From assembly GCA_951406725.2 (NCBI GenBank), contig CATOCA020000001.1, positions 9,858,001 through 9,922,000 of the forward strand: a stretch of DNA of 64,000 nt, read 5' to 3'. Position numbers and translations under genes: made by a program. Numbering within the stretch: position 1 is the stretch's first letter; every line of letters starts with the position of its first letter. A model generated the notes under the pieces. The model made no database searches. It was given only the letters and a program-made list of their open reading frames with translations, and was not told the origin of the DNA. This stretch comes from Octopus vulgaris (lineage: Eukaryota). Positions 42,275 to 54,707 of the stretch are shown piece after piece.

Positions 42275-45200
42275 GAAGTGAGAAAGAAAAAGAAAGAAAA
42301 AAGAAGAGAGAAAGAGAAAAATAGAAGAAAGAAAAGGAAAATTGAGAGAGAACTATAGAGAAGACAAAAAGAGAAACGAAACAGAGAAAGAGAGAGAGAA
42401 AAAAGGAGAGAAAAGATAAAGAGAATGAGATTGAAAAAAGAAAACGAGAGAGAAAAGAAAGGGAGAGAGAAAAGAAAAGGAGAGAGAGAGAGAGAAATGA
42501 GAGGAAGAAAGACAGAAATGAAAGAGTGAGAGAGAGGAAAAAGGATAAAAAGAAAACGAGAGGGAGAAAAAAGGAGAAAAAAGAGAGAGAGCGAGAAAAG
42601 AAAGAAAGAGAAAAAGAAACAAGAGGAAGAAAGAGAGAAATGAAAGAGTGAGAGAGAGGAAGAAGGATAAAAAGAAAACGAAAGGGAGAAAAAAGGAGAA
42701 AAAAGAGAGAGAGCGAGAAATGAAAGAGAGAGAGAAAAAGAAACGAGACGAAGAAAGAGAGAAATGAAAGAGTGAGAGAGAGGATGAAGGAAAGAAAGAA
42801 AACGAGAGGGAGAAAGAGAGAGAAAAAGAAACGAGAGGAAGAAAGAAAGAAATTAAAGAGTGAGAGAGAGGAAGAAGGATAAAAAGAAAACGAGACGGAG
42901 AAAGAAGGAGAAAAAAGTGAGAGAGCGAGAAATGAAAGAGAGAGAGAAAAAGAAACGAGACGAAGAAAGAGAGAAATGAAGGAGTGAGAGAGAGGAAGAA
43001 GGAAAGAAAGAAAACGAGAGGGAGAAAGAGAGAGAGAAAGAAACGAGAGGAAGAAAGAGAGAAATGAAAGAATGAGAGAGAGGGAGAAGGATAAAAAGAA
43101 AACGAGAGGGAGAAAGAAGGAGAAAAAAGCGAGAGAGCGAGAAATGAAAGAGAGAGAGAAAAAGAAACGAGACGAAGAAAGAGAGAAATGAAGGAGAGAG
43201 AGAGAGGAAGAAGGAAAGAAAGAAAACGAGAGGGAGAAAGAGAGAGAGAAAGAAAGAGAGGAAGAGAGAGAGAAATGAAAGAGAGAGAAAAAGAAAAGGA
43301 GAGGAAGGAAGAGAGAAATGAAGGAGTGAGAGAGAGGAAGAAGGAAAGAAAGAAAACGAGAGGGAGAAAGAAGAAGAAAAAGGGAGAGAGCGAGAAAAGA
43401 AAGAGAGAGAAAAAGAAAACGAGAGGAAGGAAGAGAGAAATGAAAGAGTGAGAGAGAGGAAGAAGAATATGAGAGGGAGAAAGAAGGAGAAAAAAGTGTG
43501 AGAGCGAAAAAAGAAAGAGAGAAAGAGGAAGGAAGAGAGAAATGAAAGAGTGAGAGAGAGGAAGAAGGATAAAAAGAAAATGAGAGTGAGAAAGAAGGAG
43601 AAAAGAAGAGAGAGAGCGAGAAAAGAAAGAGAGAAAAAAAGAAACGAGAGGAAGAAGAGAGAAATGAAAGAGTGAGAGAGAGGAAGAAGGATAAAAAGAA
43701 AACGAGAGTGAGAAAGAAGGAGAAAAAAGTGAGAGAGCGAGAAAAGAAAGAGAGAAAAAAAGAAACGAGAGGAAGGAAGAGAGAAATGAAAGAGTGAGAG
43801 AGAGGAAGAATGATAAAAAGAAAACGAGAGGAAGAAAGAAGGAGAAAAAAGTGAGTGAGCGAGAAAAGAAGGAGAGAGTAAGAAAGAAACGAGAGGAAGA
43901 GAAAGATAAATGAAAGAATGAGAGAGAGGAAGAAGGATAAAAAGAAAACGAGAGGGAGAAAGAAGGAGAAAAAAGTGAGAGAGCGAGAAAAGAAAGAGAG
44001 AAAAAGAAACGAGAGGAAGAAAGAGAGAAATGAAAGTGTGAGAGACAGGAATAAGGATAAAAAGAAAAGGAGATGGAGGAAAAAGGAGAAAAAAGTGAGA
44101 GAGCGAGAAAGGAAAACGAGAGAGAAAAAGAAATGAGACGAAGAAAGAGAGAAATGAAAGAGTGAGCGAGGGGAGGAAGGGTAAAAAGAAAACGAGAAGG
44201 AGGGAGAAGGAGATAAAAGTGAGAGTGCGAGAAAAGAAAGAGGGAGAGAAAAAGAGATGAGAGGAACAGAGAAAGAGAAAAAGAAAGAGAGATAAGAGAA
44301 AAGAAAAAGAGAAAGAGAGAATGATAATGAGGAAATGAGAGAGTAAGAGAGAACAGACAAAGAAAACGAGCGAAAGAGAGAAAAGAAAGAAGAGAGAGAG
44401 AGAGAGAGAAAGGAAACAGAGAGACAAAGAGAGAAAAGGAAAAGATAAAGAGAGATAGGGAGAAGGAAAACCAGAAAATAAAAAGAGTGAGAAAAGAAGC
44501 AGAGAGGGAGAGAGAGAGAATAGTAAAAGAGAAAGAAGGAGAGGAAGAGAGTAAGATGGAAGATAAGAGAAGAAAAAGGTACTGAGAGAAATAAAGAGAG
44601 AAGATGGGAGAGAGAGAGGAAGAAAGAGGAAAAACAAACACTGAAAGAGAGAGAAATGAGAAAGAGAGGGATAAAAGAGACGTAAAAGGGATAAAGAGAA
44701 TGAGAGAAATGAAAGAGGGAGAAAGAGAGAAAAGAAAGGGAGAAGGCAAGAGAGGAGGGAAATGAAAAAAGTAAGTCCCTTAAAGGGAGAAAAGGAAAAA
44801 AGGGAAAGAAGAGAAAAAGGAAAGGACAAAGAGACAGAAAGAAAGAGAGGGAGAGGGAGGAAGAGAGAAAAGGAAATTGAGAGAGCGAGAGAAAGAGAGA
44901 AGAGAAAAATTACCAGAGAAAGGAGATAACAGAGAGAAAGAGGAAGAGAGGAAAGTTAGTTAGTTAGTTAGTTAGTTAATTTGGCTCAAAAGCAAATAGC
45001 AAGGCCATGTTGGGGGACATGGAGTTAAGTACAGGGTGGTGTTCATGTAAAGAGTTCAGGCCACTTGAGGTCCAGGGAGGCTTTGAACAAAGCGGTCGTC
45101 GGCATCTTCACCATCTCGTCTGGCAGCTTGTTCCACGGATCCGCAACCCGGACGGAGAAAGCTCCTCTCCTTCGATTGAGATGAAATCGTCGCAGGTAGA

Positions 45201-47230
45201 GCTTTTCGGAATGACCCCGCAGCCGACACTCCGGAGCAGGAGTGAAGAACAGCTCTTTCGAGAGGTTACACTTCCCGCTTATGATGTTGTGGGCGAGAAT
45301 GAGATCACCACGGCGGCGGCGTTTTTCAAGAGAATAAAGGTCGAGCGTCCTCAGCCTTTCTTCGTAGGACAAATTTTTGAGACCATGAACCATGCGGGTA
45401 GCCAGCCTCTGGACTCTTTCGAGATGCTGTATGTCTTTGAGGAGATAAGGAGAAGAGGCTTGAATCCCATACTCCAATATGGGTCTCACCAGCGTGACAT
45501 AGAGTGGTAGGAATATGGCTGCTGTGAGCATTCCGAATGACCGTCGAATCAAAAACAGAATTCTGCGCGCTTTGTTGGCAGCATGGACGCACTGGGCCGA
45601 AGGCGAAAAGGAGGAATCCACCAAGATACCCAGGTCCTTTACCTGATCGGTCCTCTCCAGCAGCAGAGGACCCGGCTCGAAATCAAGTTGAGTTGCAGGA
45701 GTAGAGCCGACAGGCAGATGACAGCACTTTGACACGTTCAGACACAGGTCCCAATCGTTAGACCACTTCCAAATTTGGTGGAGGCATCGACGAAGATCCT
45801 CTATACTACCGCGAGGAGCGACCAGTTTGATATCGTCGGCAAATAGAAGGGTGTGTTGCGTGAGGTCGTCGGGCAAGTCATTTATGAAGACTAAGAACAA
45901 CAAGGGCCCAAGCACTGAACCTTGAGGCACGCCACTGCTCGCACTGGAGACGACGGACCGCGAACCATTAACTTGGACTTGGAAGGAGCGATCTGAGAGG
46001 AAGGCACCAACCCATCGTACAATATCCGGATGGAAACTATATGCTTGAAGCTTGACAAGTAGTAGGCGGTGGTTTACCGAGTCAAAAGCTTTGGCAAAGT
46101 CCAATAAAACGATGTCAACAGCATCACTATCATCGAGAATGCGCGTCACCAATTCTTCCATTACTAGTAAGTTGGTCAAGCATGATCTCTTCGGCACGAA
46201 GCCGTGTTGGGAATCAGTGATCGAGGCTGTGATTAGGAGGTGGAGCATCATACTTTTCTTAAGGATGGTTTCGAACATCTTGCTGATTATTGATGTAAGG
46301 GAAACCGGTCGGTAGTTAAGCGAGATAAAGAGATAAGAGATAAGAGAGATAAAAGGAAGCGAGTAAGGGAGAGAGAAAGAGGGAAAAGAAAAGGAGAGAG
46401 ATAAAGAAGAGAGTATAGTAAAAGAGAGAAAAGTAAAGCAGGAGAGAAAGGTAAAAGATCGGGGGAGAAGGAGAGGGGGAGAAAAAGAGAGGGGGAGAAA
46501 GAAGGAGGGAAATGAGGAAAAAGAAAGTGAAAGATAAGAATAGGAAAGGGTGAGAAAGAGAAAGGAGACAGAGAGGGAAAGAGGGGAATATAGGAGAGAA
46601 AAATGAGTGGGAAATAGAGAGAGAGGAAGAAAGATATAAAAGAGAGAGAGAGAGGAAGGAAAGAGAGAGAAAGAGAGAACAAAGAGTAAGAGACATAGAG
46701 AGAGAAAGATAGAAAAGAAAATGTGAGACAATGAATGAAGAAGAGAGAGGAAAGGGAGAGAGAGAGAAAAGGGAAAGAGAAAGGGCATCAAAGAAAGAGA
46801 GACAAGTAAAAGAGAAGCAGAGAGAGAAAGAGAGAGAAAGAGATAAAAGTAAAAGAGAAAGAGAGACGAAAGGGAAAAAGGTTGGGTGAAAGAGAGAAAA
46901 GGAATAGTGAAGGAGACAGAGAGAGAAAGAAAGAAAAAAGGTAATAGAGAGAGAGATAAAGAAAGAGAAATGGAAAAAGAGAGAAACAGAGAAAAGTAAA
47001 ATGGAAAAAGAGAGAAAAGAATGAGAGAGAGGGAAAAAGAGGGAGAAATAGAGAAAGAGAAAGAGAGAGAAAGAGAGAAAAAGAAAATGGGAAAAGAGAG
47101 AGTAAAAGAGACACGGAGAGAGAACGAAAGACAGAGAAAGTGAGAAATGAAAGAGGGAGAGAAAGAGGAAAGAAAACGAGAAAGAGAGTGAGAGACAAAG
47201 AGAGAAAAGAGAGAGAGAGAGAGAGAAAAT
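42275..47230. repeat. Polypurine (GA-rich) minisatellite array interrupted by a LINE fragment
   Basis: Almost pure A/G on +. Recurring unit of roughly 120 bp (AAAGAAACGAGAGGAAGAAAGAGAGAAATGAAAGAGTGAGAGAGAGGAAGAAGGATAAAAAGAAAACGAG...) at ~42480-44250. Confidence 0.92.
44955..46320 (-). mobile_element. Young 5'-truncated CR1/L2-group LINE with uninterrupted RT frame and (TAAC)n tail
   Basis: Open from NYRPVSLTS through QHGF, LDFAKAFDSV, SGVPQGSVLGPLLF and FADD to the stop at 45043. (GTTA)n at 44955-44978. Confidence 0.93.
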
Positions 47231-47272
47231 GGAATTTCTCTATTTCACATGTCCTCACTTTCTTCATTACAG

Positions 47273-47430
47273 ATTAATAAACCTATTGATGGAGATGGAA
47301 CAACTCCTTTAATGGTGGCCTGTGGAATGGGCGCCGATAGAAGAATCATCGAAATATTGTTAGAAGCTGGTGCGGAGTTAGGAACAAAAGACATATTTGG
47401 TCGTACAGCTTTGCATTGGGCTGTGATTTG
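47273..47430 (+). CDS. Ankyrin-repeat protein, coding exon 2
   Basis: TTACAG acceptor; INKPIDGDGTTPLMVACGMGADRRIIEILLEAGAELGTKDIFGRTALHWAVI; GTAAGT donor, phase 2. Confidence 0.92.
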
Positions 47431-47619
47431 GTAAGTTGAGAATCAAGTAAAATCTGCAGATGTGTTTTTGTTTGTAAATTTGTTGCAATTGCAGACACAG
47501 GTTAAATATCGAAACAGGCCATGGTAGTTGCAGTGGGACAACAGCACAACAGCAGACTAGCAAACAACAACAACAACAAGCTTCTCTTTAGTCATCGATG
47601 CAATTCATTAGTCATTATT

Positions 47620-48082
47620 CAATCATAACAATCCCGATGATGATGATGATAACGGCGATGATGATGATGACGATGACGGTATCGATGATGTCGATCATCA
47701 TAATGGTGTTGTTGATTATGATGATGATGATGGAGGCGATGATGGTGATGCTGCTGCTGCTGCTGATGGTGATAATGATAATGATGATGATGATGATAAC
47801 GACGATGATGATGATGACGATGATGATGATGACTGATGATTATGCCGATGATGATGATTATAATTATAGTGGCGATGAATGATGATGATGACGACGATGA
47901 TGATGATGATTATGATGATGACGATGATAACCACGATGATGAAGCTGATGATGGTGATGGTGTTGATGATGATGATGATGATGATTATGATGATGATGAT
48001 CATGATGTTGATGATAACGACGATGATGAAGATGACGATGGTGATGGTGATGATGATGATTATGATGATGATGACGATAATG

Positions 48083-48114
<32 letters not shown>

Positions 48115-48882
48115 AACGACGATGATGAAGATGATGAAGATATTGATAATAATGATGATGATGATGATGATGATAATGATGATGATGATGATGTGGATGA
48201 TGATGATGACGACGATGATTATTATGATTATCGTGATGATGACGATGATGATGATGATGATTATGTCAATGATGGAGGTGGTGGCAATGATGATGATGGT
48301 AATGATGTTGATGAACATGATATTGATGATAATAGTGCAGGTGATGAAGATGGTGATGATGATGAAGGCGATGATGATGATGGCGATGATGGCGATGATG
48401 ATGATGGCGATGATGATGATGATGATTATGTCAATGATGGAGGTGGTGGCAATGAGGATGATGGTAATGATGTTGATGAACATAATATGGATGATAATAG
48501 TGCAGGTGATAATGATGGTGATGATGATGAAGGCGATGATGATGATGGCGATGATGGCGATGATGATGATGGCGATGATGATGATGGCGATGATGATGAT
48601 GATGATTATGTCAATGATGGATGTGGTGGCAATGATGATGATGGTAATGATGTTGATGAACATGATATTGATGATAATAGTGCAGGTGATGAAGATGGTG
48701 ATGATGATGAAGGCGATGATGACGATGGCGATGATGGCGATGATGATGATGGCGATGATGACGATGATGATTATGTCAATGATGGAGGTGGTGGCAATGA
48801 GGATGATGGTAATGATGTTGATGAGCATGATATTGATGATAATAGTGCAGGTGATAATGATGGTGATGATGATGACGATAAT
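47620..48882. repeat. (GAT)n-derived array with four ~165-180-bp higher-order units, in intron 2
   Basis: GATTATGTCAATGATGGA marks units at ~48259, 48424, 48604 and 48769. Confidence 0.92.
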
Positions 48883-48953
48883 GTTTCGTCTCAAAGCCAA
48901 AATATTTTCATATTTAATGTAAATTAGTCAATGTTTCTATCTTTTACTCTCAG

Positions 48954-48999
48954 TGATCAACCTCATGCTGTGGAGATCTTACTATCTCGGGGTTGTGAC
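48954..48999 (+). CDS. Ankyrin-repeat protein, coding exon 3
   Basis: CTCTCAG acceptor; (C)DQPHAVEILLSRGCD completes the ankyrin repeat; GTAAGT donor, phase 0. Confidence 0.88.
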
Positions 49000-49348
49000 G
49001 TAAGTATCTTATTTATATCCTTTCGTATGTTCTACTGAAGACGAAAGAATCTATTATGAGATTAATTCCGAAATTGATTCAATATAGAAATAACGAACTT
49101 TTTAAAAAACATTCTATCGTCCGGCTTTCCCCGATTTCAGTTCTTCGTGTTTTTTTTCTGTAGCGAGTAAATAATATGTGGAAATTGACGATTTAAAAGT
49201 CTGTTATCAGCAAATTGGCATTGAAATACTTTTCTTTAGCCCTTATTTATAAGTTGTTTATAATTTAACTGTAAAGTTATTTTAATATGCTGCCACATTT
49301 TTTTATGGAATATTTTTCTGTAAAAAAAACTTCATCCTATATTAGTTG

Positions 49349-49415
<67 letters not shown>

Positions 49416-49424
49416 CATACTTAC

Positions 49425-49471
<47 letters not shown>

Positions 49472-49550
49472 TGTATACACACGTATATATGAGTATGTAT
49501 ATACATATATATATATAAATATGTCTACACACGTATATATGAGTACGTAT

Positions 49551-49658
<108 letters not shown>

Positions 49659-49888
49659 TTCCTGAGCCCACGTATTTTCCCCCATAACTTTCTGGTGTTT
49701 CCTACTTTTTAATGGTAATCATTGATTTTGGATGACTATTATGTTGAGAAAACGGAATCATTTGATTAGTTTCAAACCAATCGCAACTCCAGAGATAATT
49801 GTTGATTAAGACATTGCAAGGGATGGATTTTCAGAAAATTTCATTAAGAAATGTTTATATTAAAAAGCTTGATGAGGAACATACAACA

Positions 49889-49925
<37 letters not shown>

Positions 49926-50348
49926 CACAGGAATGGCTGTGTGGTAAGTAGATTGCTTACAAACAACATGGTTTCGGGTTCAGTCCCACTTAGTGGCACT
50001 TTGGGCAAGTGTCTTGTACTATAGCCTCGGCCCGACCAAAGCCTTGTGAGTGGATTTGGTGGACGGAAACTGGAAGAAGCCCGTCCTATATATGTATATA
50101 TATATATATGTGTTTGAGTGTGCGTGCTTGTTCCCCACCATCGCTTGACAACCGATGCTGGTGTGTTTACGCCCACGTAACTTAACGGTTCGGCAAAGAG
50201 ATCGATAGAATAAGTACTAGGCTTACAAATAATAAGTCCTGGTGTCAAATTCCTCGACTAAATGTGGTACTCAAGCATGGCCACAGTCAAATGATGGAAA
50301 CAAGCAAAAGAGTAAAGAGATCTATTTACATACACACACACACAAATG

Positions 50349-50468
<120 letters not shown>

Positions 50469-50772
50469 AATATATATACATATTTATATATGTATATACA
50501 TACGACGAGCTTCTTTCAGTCTCCATCTACCAAATCCACTCACAAGGTTTGCTCAGCCTGAGGCTACAGCAGAAGACACTTGCACATTGTGCCATGCAGA
50601 GAAAATGAACCAGGAACCATGTGGTTGGTTTCATTTTCACTGCATGGCACAATGTACAAGTGTTTTCTGCTATAGCCTCAGGCTGAGCAAACCTTGTGAG
50701 TGGATTTGGTAGATGGAGACTGAAAGAATCTTGTCGTATGTATATATATATATTTAAATATGTATATATATT

Positions 50773-50846
<74 letters not shown>

Positions 50847-50971
50847 TATGTATATATATATATATATATACATATATAAAATATTATTAGAGACAAAACC
50901 ACTATTTTGCAAAACAAACAAGGAAAGACTTAATCAATACATAAAATTTTAATAAATATTCAAAAAAACCG

Positions 50972-51014
50972 CCACTACAATCGTTTCTTGTCTTGATCGA
51001 CAATCTTCAGGTGG
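50972..51014 (-). ncRNA. Minimal type I hammerhead ribozyme, intact core
   Basis: Minus strand reads CCAC-CUGAAGA-UUGUC(GAUCAA)GACAA-GAAA-CGAUUG-UA-GUGG: stem I CCAC/GUGG, stem II UUGUC/GACAA, GUA cleavage triplet. Confidence 0.88.
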
Positions 51015-54000
51015 ACTTCCAATCTAAAATATCAATATTTTAAAATATAAAAATAATAATTTTAAAATAATTAAAGTATGAATGAAAAAATATAAATATA
51101 TAATCCATATATAACCTATATATAATCCATATATAATCAATATATAAACAATATATAAACTAAAATAAACCTATCAACAATTAAATATAAAATATAAAAT
51201 ATAAAATATAAAATATAAAACAAAAACAAAAAAATAATAATAATATAATAATAAACTATATATACACCCATACACATATACCTAATTATATATAACCATA
51301 TCTAACTACATACACTAAATCACACACCTATATATATATCCCTATACATACACATAAAAACGTCTAGGCAACTATAAATAAATAAAATAGCTAAATACTT
51401 CAACACAATACTTATTCATACTCACACACACACACACATACAACCCACATTCACGCTCTAGAAAACGGACATCACTCAAAATTATGAACGGAGAAATGGA
51501 ATAAATGGAATTAAAAATTATATTCACTTGGTAAAACGAACACTACTTAAAAATTATGAATGAAACAATGCAATAAAACAACAGACATCGCAAATAGACA
51601 CAAATTACTACGAATTCCTTAACAAACCTACCATGATAAACCAAAACTCATAAAAACATATAATGATAAAATCTCCCTTTACTAAACTCTATAACATACC
51701 TATATAGCAATCCCCCTAACCTAAACATTCACACACAAATACACACACGTAAACCACACACCCACGACATATACAAATACCCACACCACTTACACATACC
51801 AATACATACATATAAACCTCAACATATACTCCAAAAACCCACTCAACCCCACACAGACAAATAAACACAAAAATTAAGAATGGATTCTTTTATAAAACTA
51901 CCATGATAAGCTAAAACTCACAAAACAGAAATGATAAAACCTCCCTTTACTAAACACTATAACATACTTATATAGCAATCCCTTTAACCTATACATTCAC
52001 ACACAAATACACACACGTAAACCACACACCCATAACAAATACAAACACCCACCCCACTCACACACACCCACAAGTACATATAAGCCTCAACATATACACC
52101 AAACAAAATTACTTTTCCAAGGAACTTAACATATGTATAAAAAGTATAACCGCTCTAGAAACGAACATCTTTAAATTAATGAATGGAGAAATGGAATAAA
52201 TGGAATTAAAAATAATATTCACGTGGCAAAACGAACACCACTCAAAAATTATGAATGAAACAATGTAATAAAACAACCAACATCGAAAATAGACAAATTA
52301 CCACGAATTCCCTAAAAAAACCATGATAAACCAAAACTCTTAAAAACATATAACGATAAAATCTCCCTTTGCTAAACTCTATAACAAACCTATATAGCAA
52401 TCCCCCTAACCTAAACATTCACACACAAATACACACACGTAAACCACAGACCCACGACTTATACACATACCTATACTAACTTATAAACCTCAATATACAC
52501 CAAAACCCACTCCCTCCCCACACAGACAAATTAACACATACATCCCAAAAACCTAAATAACAAACCCATATACACATTCACACACAAACACACACACACG
52601 CAAAACACACACACACAACAGATACATATACTCCCTCACATATACGCATATACATAACAAACCCATATACACATTCACACCCACACTCATACAGATAAAT
52701 AAATTATACAACTAAAAACTCACACACAATCTCATATACATAAACACTCCTATGAAAAACATTAAATACATCGTAATTAACCAGAATATCAAAAATAACA
52801 ATATGACATAAGGATAAATAAAATACATACTTACAAGTCAGTTTCAAATTAAAATGCAAATATATGGGAAATTACCACCTGTGTCATCTCTTGTGAAGGG
52901 TAGGAGAGTCCAGTTTGCTGGACATTGTTGTGACTGAAAAAGTAATTTCTACTCTTCTCCTCTGAAGCCAACTCGCAACACCAGAGGGACAATATGACAT
53001 AAGGATAAATAAAATACATACTTACAAGTCAGTTTCAAATTATGAAGTGAAATTAAATTCTTAGCCGTTAAAAAAATCAAACCAAAATTACGTTACCATA
53101 GAAATAACTTATGTAAAAAAAGAATACGCGCCATGGAAAGTAAACGTCATTTAAAATTATGAATGGAGAAATAGAATAAATGGAACTAAAAACTATATCC
53201 ACGTAGCAAACCAACACTACTTAAAAAAATTTATTATGAATGGATTCTTTAAAAAACTACCATGAAAAATCATTATATACATTTATGAGCTTTAGCTCAC
53301 CTTAGCAGCTCTAACAAACAACTTGCAGCAACCCAAACCCATTCTCAATGCCTACCTCACTACTACACTATTCCATTCACAATTCCAAGCAACGCTATTC
53401 CACCACCCGGTTACAATTCCCAACTCCACCCATTCATTCACAATTTCAACGACGTTCGCCTCCACAGCGCTACATATAAGCCTCAACATATACACCGGAG
53501 ATACTCTTTCACATCCGTGCGGATGGGTGAGAGTATACATTGAGTGTAGTGATGGGGCTCCCATTACTATACACATTTGTACCTGTGTGGTAGTCTCCAT
53601 GTGTATATTCACGCACGGGTATAAATGCAGGGGGTACACGCGCACGTCATTTGCGTGTACCCCCTCACATGTACATATGCATGCTATTTGGGCTCGATAT
53701 ATGCAACAATGTAATCGCGCCCGCATACATGCATATGGGCGAGTTGCACAATCAAAAAACGCACACGTGTGTTTGTGCGTTCCCTGGTTGTGCAATTCAC
53801 CCATCTGGGTGTGAGTGGGTGTAAGCGTATCGCTGTGGATGTCGAGCTTGATACGTATGTATATGAGTGTGTATTAGGGGGTTGTACTTATTTATTGTGT
53901 GCATGTGCTTCACGCACGTGCGTCCATGTATGGATAAATATATTGGGATTGCTATGTGGGTGTAAATTGGGTATGGAGGGGGGAGTTTTGTCATTGTATG

Positions 54001-54707
54001 GGTGTGGGTTTCATTTGTGATGGTGGTTAGTTGGTGATTTTTGGTATGTTCTGTATATTTGGGTTAGTTATGTATTATTCTAGTGTGTATAATTGTATAC
54101 ATATGATTGGTGTGAGTGGGATTACGCCCATTTTTGGGGATGTATGTGTTTATTTATCCGTATGGGGCGGGAGTGGCCGTTAGGTGTATATGTTGAGGCT
54201 CACATGCAATTCCAGGTACAGCGAATGAAGTGGGCACTTATATTTGTTATGGGTGTGTACTTTATTATAACAGACAATACCCAAATAAAATCTGTCAATT
54301 CAACATACCAAATAAAAAACAAAAAACAAAGGGATCATAAACATTCACACATACATACAAAACTCAATAAAAACACCACTAAATAACACCCATCAACATA
54401 TATATATATCCTCCAAAATACATATAACAAATGCATAATAAAAATACATAATAAAATAAAATAAAAATAAAAAAATAAAAAAATAAAAAATATATAAATA
54501 AAGAAAATAAAAAAAATCTAATATAAATTATTAAAGTTTTAACATACCATAAACTGTTAAATTAATATACATTAAAAATGAACTAATTAAAACAAAGAAA
54601 TATCAATAAAGACTAACTATAATTAAAGCCTAGACAACATAACCAAAAATATATTATCTAAACTAATTTAAACTAAACTAAAGTAACCTAAAAGGGAACT
54701 ATTATTG

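Noticed and set aside
42189-44829. 650-800-aa Phe/Ser/Leu-rich ORFs
   Set aside because: The pyrimidine-only minus strand has almost no stop codons in any frame.
47836-48927. 363-aa poly-Asp ORF resembling acidic biomineralisation proteins
   Set aside because: Translation of a (GAT)n array that is open in several frames on both strands. The flanking ankyrin exons splice across it in frame.
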